Part shown: in pieces, positions 36,301-51,300 of the stretch
How positions within the stretch are numbered: position 1 is the stretch's first letter
How the letters are laid out: every line of letters begins with the position of its first letter
Assembly: GCA_032718475.1 (NCBI GenBank)
Contig: JAUCBJ010007300.1
Coordinates: 62,001 to 126,000, forward strand
Source of the DNA: Nemertoderma westbladi
Lineage: Eukaryota > Animalia > Xenacoelomorpha
Direction: 5' to 3'
DNA length: 64,000 nt
Translations under genes and position numbers: made by a program
The notes under the pieces: model-generated
The model's database searches: none
What the model was told of the DNA's origin: nothing
Seen by the model: the letters and a program-made list of their open reading frames with translations, nothing else

Positions 36301-39300
36301 CATTCTCGGAAACCTATCGCATGGCAGCCACTTCTGGACCCACTCCGGATAACTACTGCGAATTCGAAGAAACTGAAGCGGCTACAGATGTAAGTTTAAT
36401 CATTACTTATTATTATTGATGTGCAATGTATTTGGTGGCATAAATAGTGCTGATTCAAAGCTTCTGAATGTTGAACTATAGGCCATAATAGTATTTGTTT
36501 TATCATTAATATTAGTTTAAAACATGTATAGAAATTTCTAAATTCATTTTCATAATATTATTAAATGATCCGAAAAATTTTGTAAATTAAGTGTTATTCT
36601 GTGTTATAAAAAAAATAAAACACAGGTAAGTAATTATAGTGATTATAATTATATAGTTTTATTCTATGGGATTTCCAAATCCTGGACAGACTATTTAACA
36701 ATGCCATTTTTTCACACCTGATCCATGATCCCAAGTAGCAGAAGTCATCCACGTGCTCAAGAAAGCCGCCCTTAGAACGCATGCCCGTATCATCAGACAT
36801 TTCTTGAAGGCTTTCTAGGTTGACAGTCATGATTTTGGTCTTCTTGGAATTTACAAAAAGACTAACAATAGAAGCAATCTGCTCCAATGAGCTGAGGAGC
36901 AATTGGGCTCCCTCTAGTGAATCTGAGAGTACTTGTAAGTCATTAGCAAAGTCTAGATCAGTTAGGTACTTGGCAGGATTTCCTCGACTTCTGGAGCCAG
37001 TAGGTAGAGTTACCACCACACCATCATTATTAAGATGGTCTAAGGACATGCGTAGAACATAGTCAACCACAATGAATATACAACGAATAAGAAAGGTGCA
37101 AGTGATTCGAGTGACTAGTGATTCTGACAGTACCCCTATAGCATAAGTAAAGTCTATATCTGTAAGGTCCTTTGCTGGATTTCTTCTACTTCTTGTGCCA
37201 GTAGAGGGTGTTACCATCACCCCACCCAATCTTTATTTAGATGGTCTAAGGTAAGGACATGCGTAGAACATAATCTTCCACAATTACGAATAAGAATTGT
37301 GCAAGTGTGTCACCCTGAAGGACTCCCCCCACGACCTTTATGGAACCCATTTTGGTTCTCACATAACAGTCTCTCAACAGGATCCCTCATGCAATTTATT
37401 AGAATTCTGTTGTATAGCTTTGTAGTAATCGAGACTAACGAAATTCCACGAAAAGATCCACGGTTTGGATCTTTACGACAACTAAACGTGTGGACATAAT
37501 AACAGTAAACATTTGGACATAATACAGTTGTGAACTAAGATTTACTGGGCAATTGGGACAGCTTGGAAGGTCAGGAATTTTTGGAATGTTGTATAAGTTT
37601 GCCGAAGTTGACAGTAGTGTAAGAGTTTCCTAATGTTTTCTCTTTGGTCAAACTAATCTCCTTTCATTAAGGCTACTATTAATGCTACTATATGGAGCCA
37701 GGAGGATATTCATATCTTCAGTTCTGTTCAGGGTCTTTATTTCGAAGACCTCATGGGCAAGCTTGAAATTTACTTATCAAATCAACCACACTATTTGTTT
37801 GTCAGCATGCACCTCAACTTCTTCCAGTCATCTTTCTGAAGTATTCTGATGTAGGCCTACAGTTAATAAATATAACTTACTTATAACTGTAACTTATAAC
37901 TAACTTGCTTAGTGTAAGTTGGATTAAAGTATAAGTGTTAGGTAGAGGCTAAAGTATGTTTACTCCCTTGCCAAAAGTTGTATATTGCTAAGTATTAAAC
38001 TAACACTATTATTTTTTTAGACAATAGTAGAAGTCAACCCTGGATATATTATTGGAATTGCCTCTGGTTCTTATGCCATTTCTACTATTGATGATACTGT
38101 TATCTATGTCCAAGGGATTGCTGCTGAAATGTCAATTGTTTATCCCACCACAATATATGACATTGCAACACCCTCATTCACCAAGGAGTAAGTTAAAATT
38201 CGTTATAAATTAATATAAATAGTCTTTTTGGAATGATAACAATTGTCCTATTTCTATGTAGCCATGTCAATCATAGTTCAGTTGGGAAACTAAATTCAAG
38301 AAAAGTTTCAATAAATCCTTTGCTGACTTGTATCTCTAAGTAAATTAAATAAAAAGTGAATATATTATACCAATTCATTTAAATAAAATTGATTCACTAT
38401 TTCGCTGTAACATATAATGGGTTTGTTCGAATGATATTTCATAAATATGTATATTTTATATTTTATTCTACATACTGAATGGCCAACCAGTAATATTACA
38501 TAGATTAACATACAACTAATACTAATATTTTATAAACACATAACATTTGTTATATTAATTAAATTGATTTTAATTATTTCTGCATTTAGGGTGACTGTAA
38601 ACATATCCTCTATGAGTGCACCATCAACAGTAATAATAGAAACTGGTGAGATCTCGGTTATAGAGGCAGTTCTGGAGATCAAAATAACAATCAATGAATA
38701 TGTTGAAACGCTCATTGATCAGGAAATTATTGTAACAGCAACAGGAGGTTAGTATATTTCCAAAATAAATTAATTACAAACGACAATTGTAAAATGAAAG
38801 TACCGGTTTAGTGTTTCCAGGCCTCAAAACTTTAAAATTATAATGACAGACAGATCTACTGATATAATTATAAATGATAACTTGATTAAACAATTTTAAA
38901 GAATAATCTATTCAATAATTTTTCTATGATTAATTAGTTAAGTATCTTAAAAATCATTAATAAATAGGATCAATTTCTAATAAGTTATTCGTAATAATAT
39001 AATAATTAATTAATAATAGTAATACCGGTATTTAGTAATATGGTGTTATTTTCTGACGACCTTTTGTAAGTTTTTTAAAAGTGTTTTTATAATTGAGTCA
39101 GCACCTCAAAAGACCTATACAGATAAACAATTTTAATATGATGGATAAAAAAAAATTTGAAAATCGATTAAAATTAGATAACAATTGGAATCATTGGATA
39201 CTAGAATTTTACATTCTGCCATAAATAATGATATCATTTTATGAAGGTCAGTAAATTAATCCACCAGGATACAGTATCGACACTCACTATAGCATCTCTA

Positions 39301-42300
39301 TATTTATTTTTCACACACAGGTTACGATCCAAAGTACGAACTTAGTATCGAATATCTCGATATTCCTGGTAAACAGGTAGGGATCGATGTACCGGTAGCG
39401 AATTGGGGGCCTGAGCCGGATAGAACACCTACATTCGAGACGCCTGATGGTGTAATTGCTTACACATATACTTTTCCTCAGCGGGGTGTTTATAAAATAG
39501 TGGCCACAGGATTCAATAAAGTCACTTGTATTACTGATGAAATACTTGTATATGGTGAAGTAAGTAGAGTGCATTTAATATTAAAACAATATTGTCATAC
39601 AGAAATGATAGGAGATTTTTCTTTGATCTAGAAGTTAAGTTTGTTTATTACTTTTTATAAAAATTTGGCATATTTTAGTGAAAATGACATGGTTGATAAT
39701 TAATTATTTACAGTTGCATTCTTTTTTCTGTAGGCCCATGGTGTCAGTCCTGCCATCAATTTACTCCCAGTTTCAAGTTTTACTTCCATTCTCTTGTGTA
39801 CTCCCAGTCCCCAGTTTACTACCAGTATCCAGTTCATTGTCTCCACTTTACTTTCAGTAACTATGAGCATACAGTTCATTACCACTCTCCAGTCATAGTG
39901 TACTCACAGGATGATTAAACTTTCAGTCTTCGATCTTTATGCGTTTCATACTATTTAATAACATGGGATGCTAGAGGCACGATCTCAATGCACCAACAGT
40001 TTCCCATTTTCGGCTTGGCTGTATACTTGGATTGTCCCTTGATTCACATGATATTAGTCATTTACAAAATAATATTATTTCAATAATTGTAATATAACAA
40101 TATATATCTTAATTCAATAATGATTATAATAACCAAATAATATTAAATTCTGCGAATGACTTATCCACATCAGTTATTTTATAGTAATTCTACGCTGTGG
40201 AGATTTACATGACATAATGCTGTAATGCTAATGTATTTTAAAAAGGACATAAGGAACACAAGCTTTGTATGTGTTCCTAGCTACTATGCATAACATTCTT
40301 GATAAAAAACATTATCATTCCAGGTCTGGGAGATGTTAGGTACATAATAATAGGGGCAGGGTCCTCCAATTTTGCCAGAGTCGGAACTGTAGGTCGTAGA
40401 ACAGAAGATAAATTTACAGTAGTATGAAATTATCAACAGTGTACAAGTAAAAGTACAGTAAAAACAGTAGTACAGTAAAGTGTACAGTAAAAATGTACAT
40501 CCTTTTTTATTTTTTAGGTAAATTGCCTATAATTAATATTTAATTGCAGAATAGCATTACTAAAGATAAGTTAACAATGGAGTACACACGTGATGGAATC
40601 TGTGCTGTGCATGATAATGAAGCGGACAGTGTATCAGAAAGGAATGTTGTATTTACTGTTACCCTATTGGCTCTAAATCCAAAAACGGAATATCCCACTA
40701 ATGCCAAACTTGCTTTGGATATTTTTGGATTTGGTAAGTTTGAATGGTCAAAAATAGTCAAATAGTAGAATTAGTCAAAAATACATATTACTTATTTAGA
40801 AACAATGAGCCTGGTACACTGCTAAAACAGTGTATAATGGTCACCAAAGGACTACTATTACAACCTTTTCTTTACAAAAGCAAGGTATTGCTATTACTGG
40901 GTGTACCAATTAAGAAATTGTAACTGGCTAATAACAAAAAAAGTTTTAAAATTGTATGCCCTTTTCCACATACCATTAATTGTTCATCTTAATACTGCCA
41001 TATAGAAGCCTAAATGAGATCCTGGTTTTTGTGCCTTGTAATTCACTTTGTCAGTGCTTCTTGGATTCCATTGTTAACCCCTTGCAGCCCATGACATACA
41101 TGGTATGTCACGAAGTAGGGCTCCATGGCATATATGGATGTCATAGATATATCTCATGTCTCATGTCTTACATGCTTTTATATCAGCTGTGGAGCTCTTG
41201 GTTGCAATTATATTGAGCGGGGAATTCAAATTACCTGGAATAATATTTGCTATTTTAATGCTATTATCGCTACAATATTGGTATGAATTATTGCACGTTT
41301 ATCATAATATGCAATTGTTGGCATTTGTAAGCATTTATTATGTTTACCCAGTTTCGTGTGTAGTAGGCCTGTTGTATTAGTACATTATTACAGTAATGGG
41401 TAGGCAATTGTTAGTACCTACATACAGTATCAACCAATATAGCTGAATATGGTAGGCCTGTATTACTGGTACAACTAATTGGTATTGTAATTTGTAATAT
41501 TGAATCTCCTGCATATGATGGAGAAATCCTATCCAAGGTGGCAAGCCAAGCCGTTGAAACGTCTTGGATTCGATGAATCCTCATCTGGATCTTCCGAAGA
41601 AGACCTGGATGACACTGCGGATGATATTTCGGACCCTTCAACTTCCTCTTCAGATACGGAATCAATCACTGTTGCATCTCCTAATACAGGGATGGGAGTT
41701 CCAGTTACGAGTTCCAGGGAAGAGGTGACGGGAGAGACAGACCTGATAAACCTGGATAGGCCGTTCCAGATTCAGGGATCGAAGTCTGTATGGCAGAATG
41801 GTCTAGTTACTACAGATTTTACTGTCAGAAACTACATCGATGTATCCATAACCAATAAATTAGTCCAGTTACTGTGTGATTGCACAAATAAACAAATCAA
41901 TCAGCAGAGAGAGAGAACAATATCCTGAACTGAAAGATATCTCAAACTTACAGGAAATCCGATCGTTTATTGGGATTATTCTTCTCATGGTGATTATAAG
42001 AAAGCCCACTCTCCATGAGTATTGGTCTACTCGTTCAATTATAGCAACCCCCTATATTCCCACTATCATGTCACGCAATCGATTCACAGAAATCCTGAAG
42101 TATATGCATTTTTCTGATCCAGGTACATATATCGAAACTGATAAATCAATGAGACTCACTGATTTTATGAATGTACTCCATGAAATAATTGGAGTTTACA
42201 TACCTGAACAGGGACTCTCTCTTGACGAGTCCCTCCTCCTATTCAAAGGGAGACTGCACTTCAAACAATTTATTCGAATCAAACATGCTCGCTTTGGCAT

Positions 42301-45300
42301 CAAACTGTACTTGTTATGTGACACCTTAGGCTACTTATTATCTACTATCATTTATTATGGCGCAAAAAGCGCGATGAAGTCGATGAGCCAAACTCTGGTT
42401 CTTTCAAAGCCAGAACTAGTTGTAGTTGCTCTCTTGAGCAAAATTCACTATCTCGATGTTGGATATCATGTCAACCTTGACAACCGGTATTGTAGCCTCC
42501 GGCTAGCCAAATTTCTGAAATTTCGACGAAACACCGGAATGAGGGGGACTATAAGAGAGAACCGAGGTGTACCAGCTGTTTTAAATAATAAAACTATGAC
42601 CCCCCATCTCGTCTGCATTCGCCAGTATTGATAATGAGGGTGGATCAGTTCTGATGATCAAGTTCTGCGATAAGAGAAGAGTGTACTTCATTTCTACTAT
42701 CAACAATGCGACCTTGGTTGAGAAGACTCGGCATACAGTAGATGGATCAGTCACATACATGAAACCATCTGCTATTGATGAATATAACCATAAGATGGGA
42801 GGTCTCGATGTGATATCTCGATGTGATGGACCAAATAATATCTTCGGCTGATTGTTGTCATAAATCCTTACTTGGTTCAAAAAAATTGGTTTACATTATC
42901 TTGAACGTTTAGTACTCAATTCATATATACACTATAAAAAAGACTCCTAAGACTGCTAAGAAAACATTCGGCGTTTAATATTATCCATACTGTATGTACC
43001 TTTCTTCAGCTTATCTTTATGATAAAATCAATAGTTATTGTACTCTGTACTGTATGTATAGTATGGTACTACTAGGTACAACCATTATAAAAATGATATT
43101 AGTTTTTCTACAATACTTTTCGTTTACACTAAAAATATATCACCCAGTAACACATTAATCAAACTATAGATTAACCAAAATTGTGACACAATTTTTGATG
43201 TAAATTGATGAACTTGAGACGCGACTTGACGGAATTGTGATGTAACTTGATGAACTAGTGACACAACTTTTGATGTAAAGTGATGAAATTTAGATGCGAC
43301 TTGGTGGAATTGTGATGAAACTTGATGAACTTTTAGTACAACTTGATGAACTTGAGAAACGACTTTTGGTACAACTTGACAAACTTTTAACACGACTTGA
43401 CGAACTTGAGACACGTCTTTTAATGAAACTTGATGTACTTTTAGCTCAACTTTACGAACTTTGTAGACAACTAGTAGTGGTACAACTCGACTAACTTTTA
43501 ACACGACTTTACGAACTTGAGACACGCCTTTTGATGAAACTTGATGTACTTTTAGTTCAACTTTACGAACTTTGTAAACGACTATTAGTGGTACAACTTG
43601 ACAAACTTTTAACACGACTTTACGAACTTGAGACACTCCTTTTAATGAAACTTGATGTACTTTTAGCTCAACTTTACGAACTTTGTAGACAACTAGTAGT
43701 GGTACAACTCGACTAACTTTTAACACGACTTTACGAACTTGAGACACGCCTTTTGATGAAACTTGATGTACTTTTAGTTCAACTTTACGAACTTTGTAAA
43801 CGACTATTAGTGGTACAACTTGACAAACTTTTAACACGACATTACGAACTTGAGACACTCCTTTTAATGAAACTTGATGAACTTTTAGCTCAATTTTATG
43901 ACATTTGTAAACGACTAGTAGTGGTACAACTTGACAAACTTTTAACACTACTTTACGAACGTGAGGCAAGCCTTTTAATGAAACTTGATGTACTTTTAGC
44001 TCAACTTTACAAACTTTGTAAACGACTAGTATTGGTACAACTTGACAAACTTTTAACACTACTTTACGAACTTGAGACATGACTTTTAATGAAACTTGAT
44101 GTACTTTTAGCTCAACTTTACGAACTTTGTAAACGACTAGTAGTGGTACAACTTGACAAATTTTTAATACGACTTTACGAACTTGAGACACAAAACCTTT
44201 TTATGAATCTTGACGAACTTTTGCCAGCGAAAATGGCGTTTAAATAAACTTTACATAGTCCTATGTATAAGAATCCAAACAGGCCTAGCTAATAGTTTAT
44301 CCTAGAATATATAGAGTAGACAGTAGACTAAGTACTCGAGTGTGGATCTGAGAGATTGATCGTACTTCTCTAGGAGGTCAGGACGGTTGAAACAGGGCGC
44401 AGTACGGAGGAAATACTGAAGACGAGGGATCGAAAAGCAATTCTTGAAGGTAAAACCCATGGTGGCTGTCAAGGAGGTGAATTCTGGAGTGGATCGTATC
44501 CAGGTCCTCTATCTTATTCCCCAGACAAGTTCTGGTCTCTTTTGAACCAATCGGAGCACCCAGCATCACAAGATCTTCGGGTGGGGGAAAACGAATTCCA
44601 CTACATATGGAGTTAAACTCACCCTGGATATGGGTGCGATCTGCTGTGGAAAGTTGTCCCAGGAAGAATAACTAACTCACATTTCCCTGGATTCAGCTTC
44701 AATCCCAATTTCTCTCCTTCCTGTATAATGTTGACTAAATCCTCCAGAACGATGTTACTTTGACCTGCCAAGTTTCCATCATCCAGGTTCCAAACATTAA
44801 ATAGAGATTTCATGGAATGATTAAGTTCATTGGTGCTATCTCCAAATAAGTTTGGGCCTTCAGGGTTGCCTTGTTGGACTCCCTCTGCCGATTCTAGAAC
44901 AGAATTACCATAAAAAAGATGGCTGGATTCCCCATATGCTGACAATGTGTAGTTGTAAATGGAGGGAAATCGCTGTGAAACTGTATCTAACATTACATCA
45001 CGGGGAAGGGAGTTGAACGCATTGCTGAAGTCAACCTTCAGAAGGACCCAGTTGTTGTCGAGGATGACATAAGACCTGGTGGCATGGGCAGTGGCTTCAG
45101 CGCCGTACTTTGTTCCAATACCAACCTGTGTATTCCCATACGAAGCTGAGCGTTCCTCTTTCATCAGATGACCAGCGAACTTAGCACAGAGGCAGCGCAG
45201 AGTTACCCCAATAGTGATTGGTCGAATTCCCCCACAGTTCTTCGTAAACGTGAAAAGATTAGCCCGAAAAAATATGGGTCTAACGGAGGGAGGAAATTCC

Positions 45301-48300
45301 CCGTTGATGACTACATCCACATACTTCGATATGGCCACCAGGAAACGATTACCAGATTCTCCCGTAGAAGAACCAATGAGATCCTTAAAAAACCCGAAGC
45401 GGTTAGACAGAAGTGGCTGACAAAGAGCAGCTTCTTCCATGACTCTAAACATGCCGGGGTCGTTGCTATTGTCTGGAGTATTTAGCTTATTAAGTCCGCG
45501 AAATTACTGCTCAATGCCTTAGGGACATGTTTCAGCTGTCTGCTTCTGAGGTTAATCAAGCTCTCCAAGATGGAAGTGGACTCTTTGTTTGTTTCGCTGG
45601 TTGATGAGACAAGATCGGTGGGTGGAGGGGTAGTGGCATTGGCCGGGAGTTCACCAGAACCACTGCAGCGGTTGTAGAGAGGACCATGGACACGTACTTT
45701 ATTTACCATTCTTATTAACGGAAATCTCTCTCTCACAGATTGGGTTGCACAGCTTAGATGGAAGAGTGCCATTTCTGGCATTTCTGCTCCGAGTTTATTG
45801 GTGCTCGGTTTGATGGTGGCGTTTCCCCGATGATGGAGGGAGTTTCAAGTCTCTTGAAACTTTTGGACTTAAATCCACCTGTTATAGTATTATTTATTGT
45901 TGTCATTATTCTTATTGTTATAACTTATATTTATTATATAGGTGAGGAGTTTTTTTACGACAAGGAGGTCCCACTAAAACCCATGCACGAGGAAGATGAC
46001 ACAGCCGTTTACCAGTTATCCTACGAATTTCCAGAAGTTCCACAATTATATGAAGGGTTTTTTTACATTTACAATAATGTGCTAAAAATAGAATTCCAAA
46101 TTGCAGTAAGTTTATTCGTTTTACTTGTATATGCTTAATTTGTTTATTTTTACAATATGGTAGCTAGCTTAGTTCAGGGCATGTGATGTTGATGGGTATC
46201 TGATGTTGTTGGACTTTGATCCATTAGAACGAAAATGTATCCCTGCTATGCTAACAATACTCAAGCTCAAGCCTTTCAAGCACTATACCATCCAGACACA
46301 GATTTGTTTATCAATCTGTTTCATTGACAAACAGTCATACATTATTTACATCACCTATTATAGTTCGATTTATATTGTGGTGCAATTGTGGTTCCATTGT
46401 CGATTTTTTGTCGATATTATATTACTATTACATATTGCATATATTTTGCAGATTGTAATGTATGAAAAGATCCAAAACTTTAATTTGGCAGCATTTTCAC
46501 GTATCCAGAGCCCTCCAGCCTATATGGTTAACAGTACAGAAGAAGAGCCTCAACTTCGGGAAGGTTTCGGCGCAGATAAAACGATCTTTCGTGACGATGA
46601 CGAGGTGGTCTTCATTTTAACTCAATCGACAAGTAATTAATTATTCAATATTTTTTATCTATCATATAAGGACACATCTTTTAAATGTAAATATGTAAAT
46701 AGAGCAAGAAATTTGTAAACATAAACAAGAACCATAAAATAGCCTTATCTTCAGCTAATTTTAAAAATTGTGCCACATGGCTACTCACTGCCCCGTTTAC
46801 AACGCTAGATAACGCATGTCTTAATATGGTTGACGATCCCATCTCTAGTTGCGGGCTCGACACCATTCCCATCAGCTCCATTTTTGGAATCAATAGTGTA
46901 ACGTGTAACTTAGTGCAGATCACGAAATGCTACATTGGTGACAAGGTCATCTCTTTCAATATGAAGATTTTAGTTTATTCATAAAGCAAACATCTAATGT
47001 TCTGTAGAAGTTTCAAATCCCTACTGCAAGCTGCTCCAGCTGCATGCTCTGCTCATAATTGATTGCATATTAAGACAAATTTATCATACAGACTAACCCA
47101 CATACTAAACTAAAATAACATATATGGGTCAATGCCAACCATATTGACCAAGTTACGTACAGGACAAAAAATATACTAAAATGTCATTCAGGAATGAATG
47201 GCAGATACACTATAATCGGTCCCCCCCCCCCTGCTGTGATACACTGAAAGCACAGTTTGTTATAGAAAAAGCTACAAATTTTAAAATTTTGTTATTGTGA
47301 TTACGGGCTTATTTTGGCCATTAAAATTACAATTCAGGTGCCAAATTAGGGACCATGGACCACCTCGTAGAGTCCCTCGTTGTTAGTGAGTGAGGGGTCC
47401 GCGGTCTCCATAATGGAGGCCGCATTGCCGACCAGGATGGCGATTGCCAGCCTTTGCAGGAGGAAGCGGTGAGATCGGGGCTCCTGGGTAAAAGAGTGGA
47501 GTCTTGCCCGATCTCCTTCAGGAACTCGTATGTTTCAGGGCCGGGGCGGCCCAAGGTCTCGTAGACTACCGTGTGGAAGAGGCTGCCCCGGTCCATGAAA
47601 TCCTGGTACTTGCGGATCTTTAGAGTTTCCGCTTCCTCTGCAGTGCGGCCTTCGGCAGATAGCGTCTGGGCGAGGTGGCTGGGCGCCAGTGGGTCCGCCA
47701 CTGTGGCGTCCCATGTGAGGAACCGCCCGCGGTTCCACGGGACCGGGGTGACGCCATCTACTCGCTTACCATCCCCTCTATTAGTTCAGTTAGATTGGCA
47801 GTTTTTGGTGGTTTAGCAGTTCATATGAATAAATTGCGTGAGCGTGTCCAAAATGGTCCAAAAAAGTGTCCCAAACGTAACTGAGGTTTTTCAGAAAACG
47901 CGAACTCATAAAGATTTAGATCACCACATCCAGTTCTCAGATAGTTTTGCCATGTATGGATTGTATCAGTGACACTGCTACGTAATCATTTATTTGGCCA
48001 GGTTGAAAAAACTGTCATGTCCCATTGTGTTGGGGGCAGAAGTTAATCATGGTCAAAACAATTAATTACTTAAATTTAATTAATGGTGGGGGCTTACAAG
48101 TTACAGATAAACTGTAACCTGCTCCTTCCCCTTAATTGACAACAGACCAAATTACTTATTACCAAAATAACTATTTGAGGAAAAGGTATGGAGATTGTGG
48201 CAGTAGTTGAGAGTTTGATGTAAGGTGGGAATGGAACAGATACACTGGATTTAAATTCTAGTACGGATTATTGTTTGAAGAATTTTATGATTTGTTTTTA

Positions 48301-51300
48301 ATTGGAAAATAAATGTTAAAATTTATAATAATTGTTTCCATTCCTTTCAATTCCTTTCAATACTTTTAATCAATATGTCCCATACTCATGTATGGGACAT
48401 ATTGATTAAAAGTTAATTGAAAAGTTATTGATTAAACGGTCTATTTACATTTTCAAATTAATTTTTTGATATAAATAACGATTTTCAGTTGACCATATGC
48501 AACAGTTTTGTGTATCACATTGTTATTAACAGGAAAAAAAAATATTTAGCCCCACTTTTCACGGCAAAGTTTTCCACAGAAGTTGTAACTTTATTTTGTC
48601 ACTGGTTTAAAAATTTCTTATCCCAGAATTTTTAATTTGTCACTAAACTTTTTACTTCGACTTTGCCAGATACCTCAATACCACCATTAAACGACTGTTA
48701 GGTACTTCCAATTTTCAAGAATATAGACATAAAGTACGAATTTTCTTTTATCAATTTCCTATACGTGACATAAATTTATTCACAATTTTTGCATTTCGGA
48801 ACGTTTCTCTCAACAACGGGCAATAAATTTTTGCGGCACTTTTTGGTTTCATATGCAGAAATTATCGCTCTTTCTTACCATCAATACGGCGGATTCTTAA
48901 AGTTAATTTCAATATTCGACAAATCTCAAATATCACGTACGGGACATTGGTCAATATGGTTGGCATTGATCAATTTCTGTGTTGGGACAAATAGGCCTAC
49001 ACATATAGTGGATTATGAAAAGTAGACTTCATTTCAATTTTCCTCTAGGTCACTTGAGGCAAATTACTTCTGAAGATGAATATGTAAAGTATAGTTGTAG
49101 TGTAGTAGGCCTATTTATAATAAACTGTTAGTTGAATAAAAACAGCCATTCATTTATTAATGACCAGAATGTAAAAATCAACAGGAATTTACGATTAACT
49201 CCCTTTGATTATAATTGGTGAGCAGAGGATATATAGGTTGAGTTAATAAAACATGAACAAGGTTTACAATGTAATACCCATACAAAATCCATCACTGTTG
49301 ACACACTACTATATTATATTATGAAATATATAATAATTATATAAATTTTATTATAAATTTTATATTTACTTTACCACTTTTCAGATACGTTGAGACAGAC
49401 TTACACGTATGACTTCGACGTTGATAATAATTGGAATGGTAGACCATTCCAAGGCCATCTTCAACAAATAGTAAAATATGATAATGACAATATTGTTTTC
49501 TTGTTCAAGTTAGTATTTTAACACTATTAAATCCGGGGGGGAGGGGGGTCAATATGAGCCCCCGGGGCTTTTTGCTATAATTCTGAAACAAACGCAGTTG
49601 GGAATCTGAAATTTTATTACTTTTCCTAAAAATCTATTGCCTTCCTAAATTAGAATCAGCGGCAGCGCCCCAGAAAACATGAAAATGTGAATTTATAGCA
49701 TCGTACAAGTGAATTATAAATTTCGTGTTCAAACTGAAAAGTCCTGGTTACTTGTTTTTTTTTTCATTTTTTGCCTACGTAGAGGACTAAATCAGCCATA
49801 TATAGTAATCAGATCATTTTTAAATATATTTATATATAATATTTTCCAATGGATTTAGCGCTCCAGAAAACCTGTATTGATAACAAATTAGCCGAAAATT
49901 TTAACTTTCAAATTTTATGAAATTTGTTTACTACTTGTAATTTTGGTGCTTAAATGTAACCATCCCATTACATTTTTTAGAAATTTTTTTTGTCGGATTC
50001 AGACAAATGAAATCTACGTAAAAACAAAAAACCAGCCGTTTTCGTTAAAATTTGTAAGTTTTAGAGGGGGGGGGGGGGGGGGGGGGGGGTCGTCAATATG
50101 ACCCCCCCCCGGTATTTGTACAACATTTTATGAATTTTATGAATTATTATATTGAAAACCATCAAATATATCAATTGATTGTGTCACCTTGATTCTTGCG
50201 TTATACGGGTTTGTGAGGGTTATGAATTCTATGGAATAAGTAAAAATTGCACAAGACTTTTCAAACTTGTATTTTTCGCCGGTGGGTGAAAATAGTTGTG
50301 CCAGCACCAAATTTTTGAAAATAAGCAACTTGATCAGTAGATAGTATTATCTTGTTTATTGCGTTATACGGGTTTATGAGGGCTTAGGAATTTATGTAAC
50401 TACGTAAACGAGGTGATGTCGGATGTTAATAATTTCTAATACATAATATTATTTCATATTTCATATACATAATACATTTCTAGTACATAATATTTCTTTC
50501 CCTATATAATAATATATTTTGTTTCTATTTTGTCTATAAAAGATTAGCTTTAGTGATAAATTATTATTTTTAATGATATGCGATTATATTTCGTAATAAA
50601 TCATTATTTTTAATTTATTTGCTATTTATTTAGTTATTAATGATGATATTTAGTGATGAGTGATTATTTTTAGTTATTTTGCATTAAATTTAGTGAAAAT
50701 CTCATTATTTTTAGTGAAAACTTTACTTTTAGTAAAAGATTGGTAACGAATTGGACTATAACAATAAAAATTATAGTTTTCATTCAACCAATTATTGTGC
50801 ATTAGTAATCATTTAAATAATAGTTATTTTATAATAACTAATACATATATAATAATAATAGATTCCTTTTTTTTACAAACGGTCTATATATTATCATACA
50901 AGCAAACCATTCTATTTCTACCATTCAGCATTCGTAAAATCGAGATTGTACGAGGAAAAGATGAAACCCAGGCGTCACTCAGTAAAATAGTAACAATAAA
51001 AGTCAACGTGGAAACCTTTAACCCGAGATGGGAGACAGAAAAAATTACCACAACTTTAACTATTCAATTAAAGCAAGTTGTTGCTTTTATTGATATGGAA
51101 GTCCAAGGGGTAAGGCATTAGGTATTTCCTTAGTCCAGAGTAATATCACCCGGCTTAGTGATCAATTAATATATAATATTTATTATTAATATTATTATTA
51201 ACCAAATATCACCACAGAATTACGTATAAACGAACAGAAATACGATTAATAATTCAAATATTGGTCAGCACATAAACTATATAAAGTTCATAAAAAATGT

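Noticed and set aside
49049-49083. Possible 35-nt host microexon
   Set aside because: Including it puts the next exon (49385) into a frame with an immediate stop; direct 46632-49385 splicing is open
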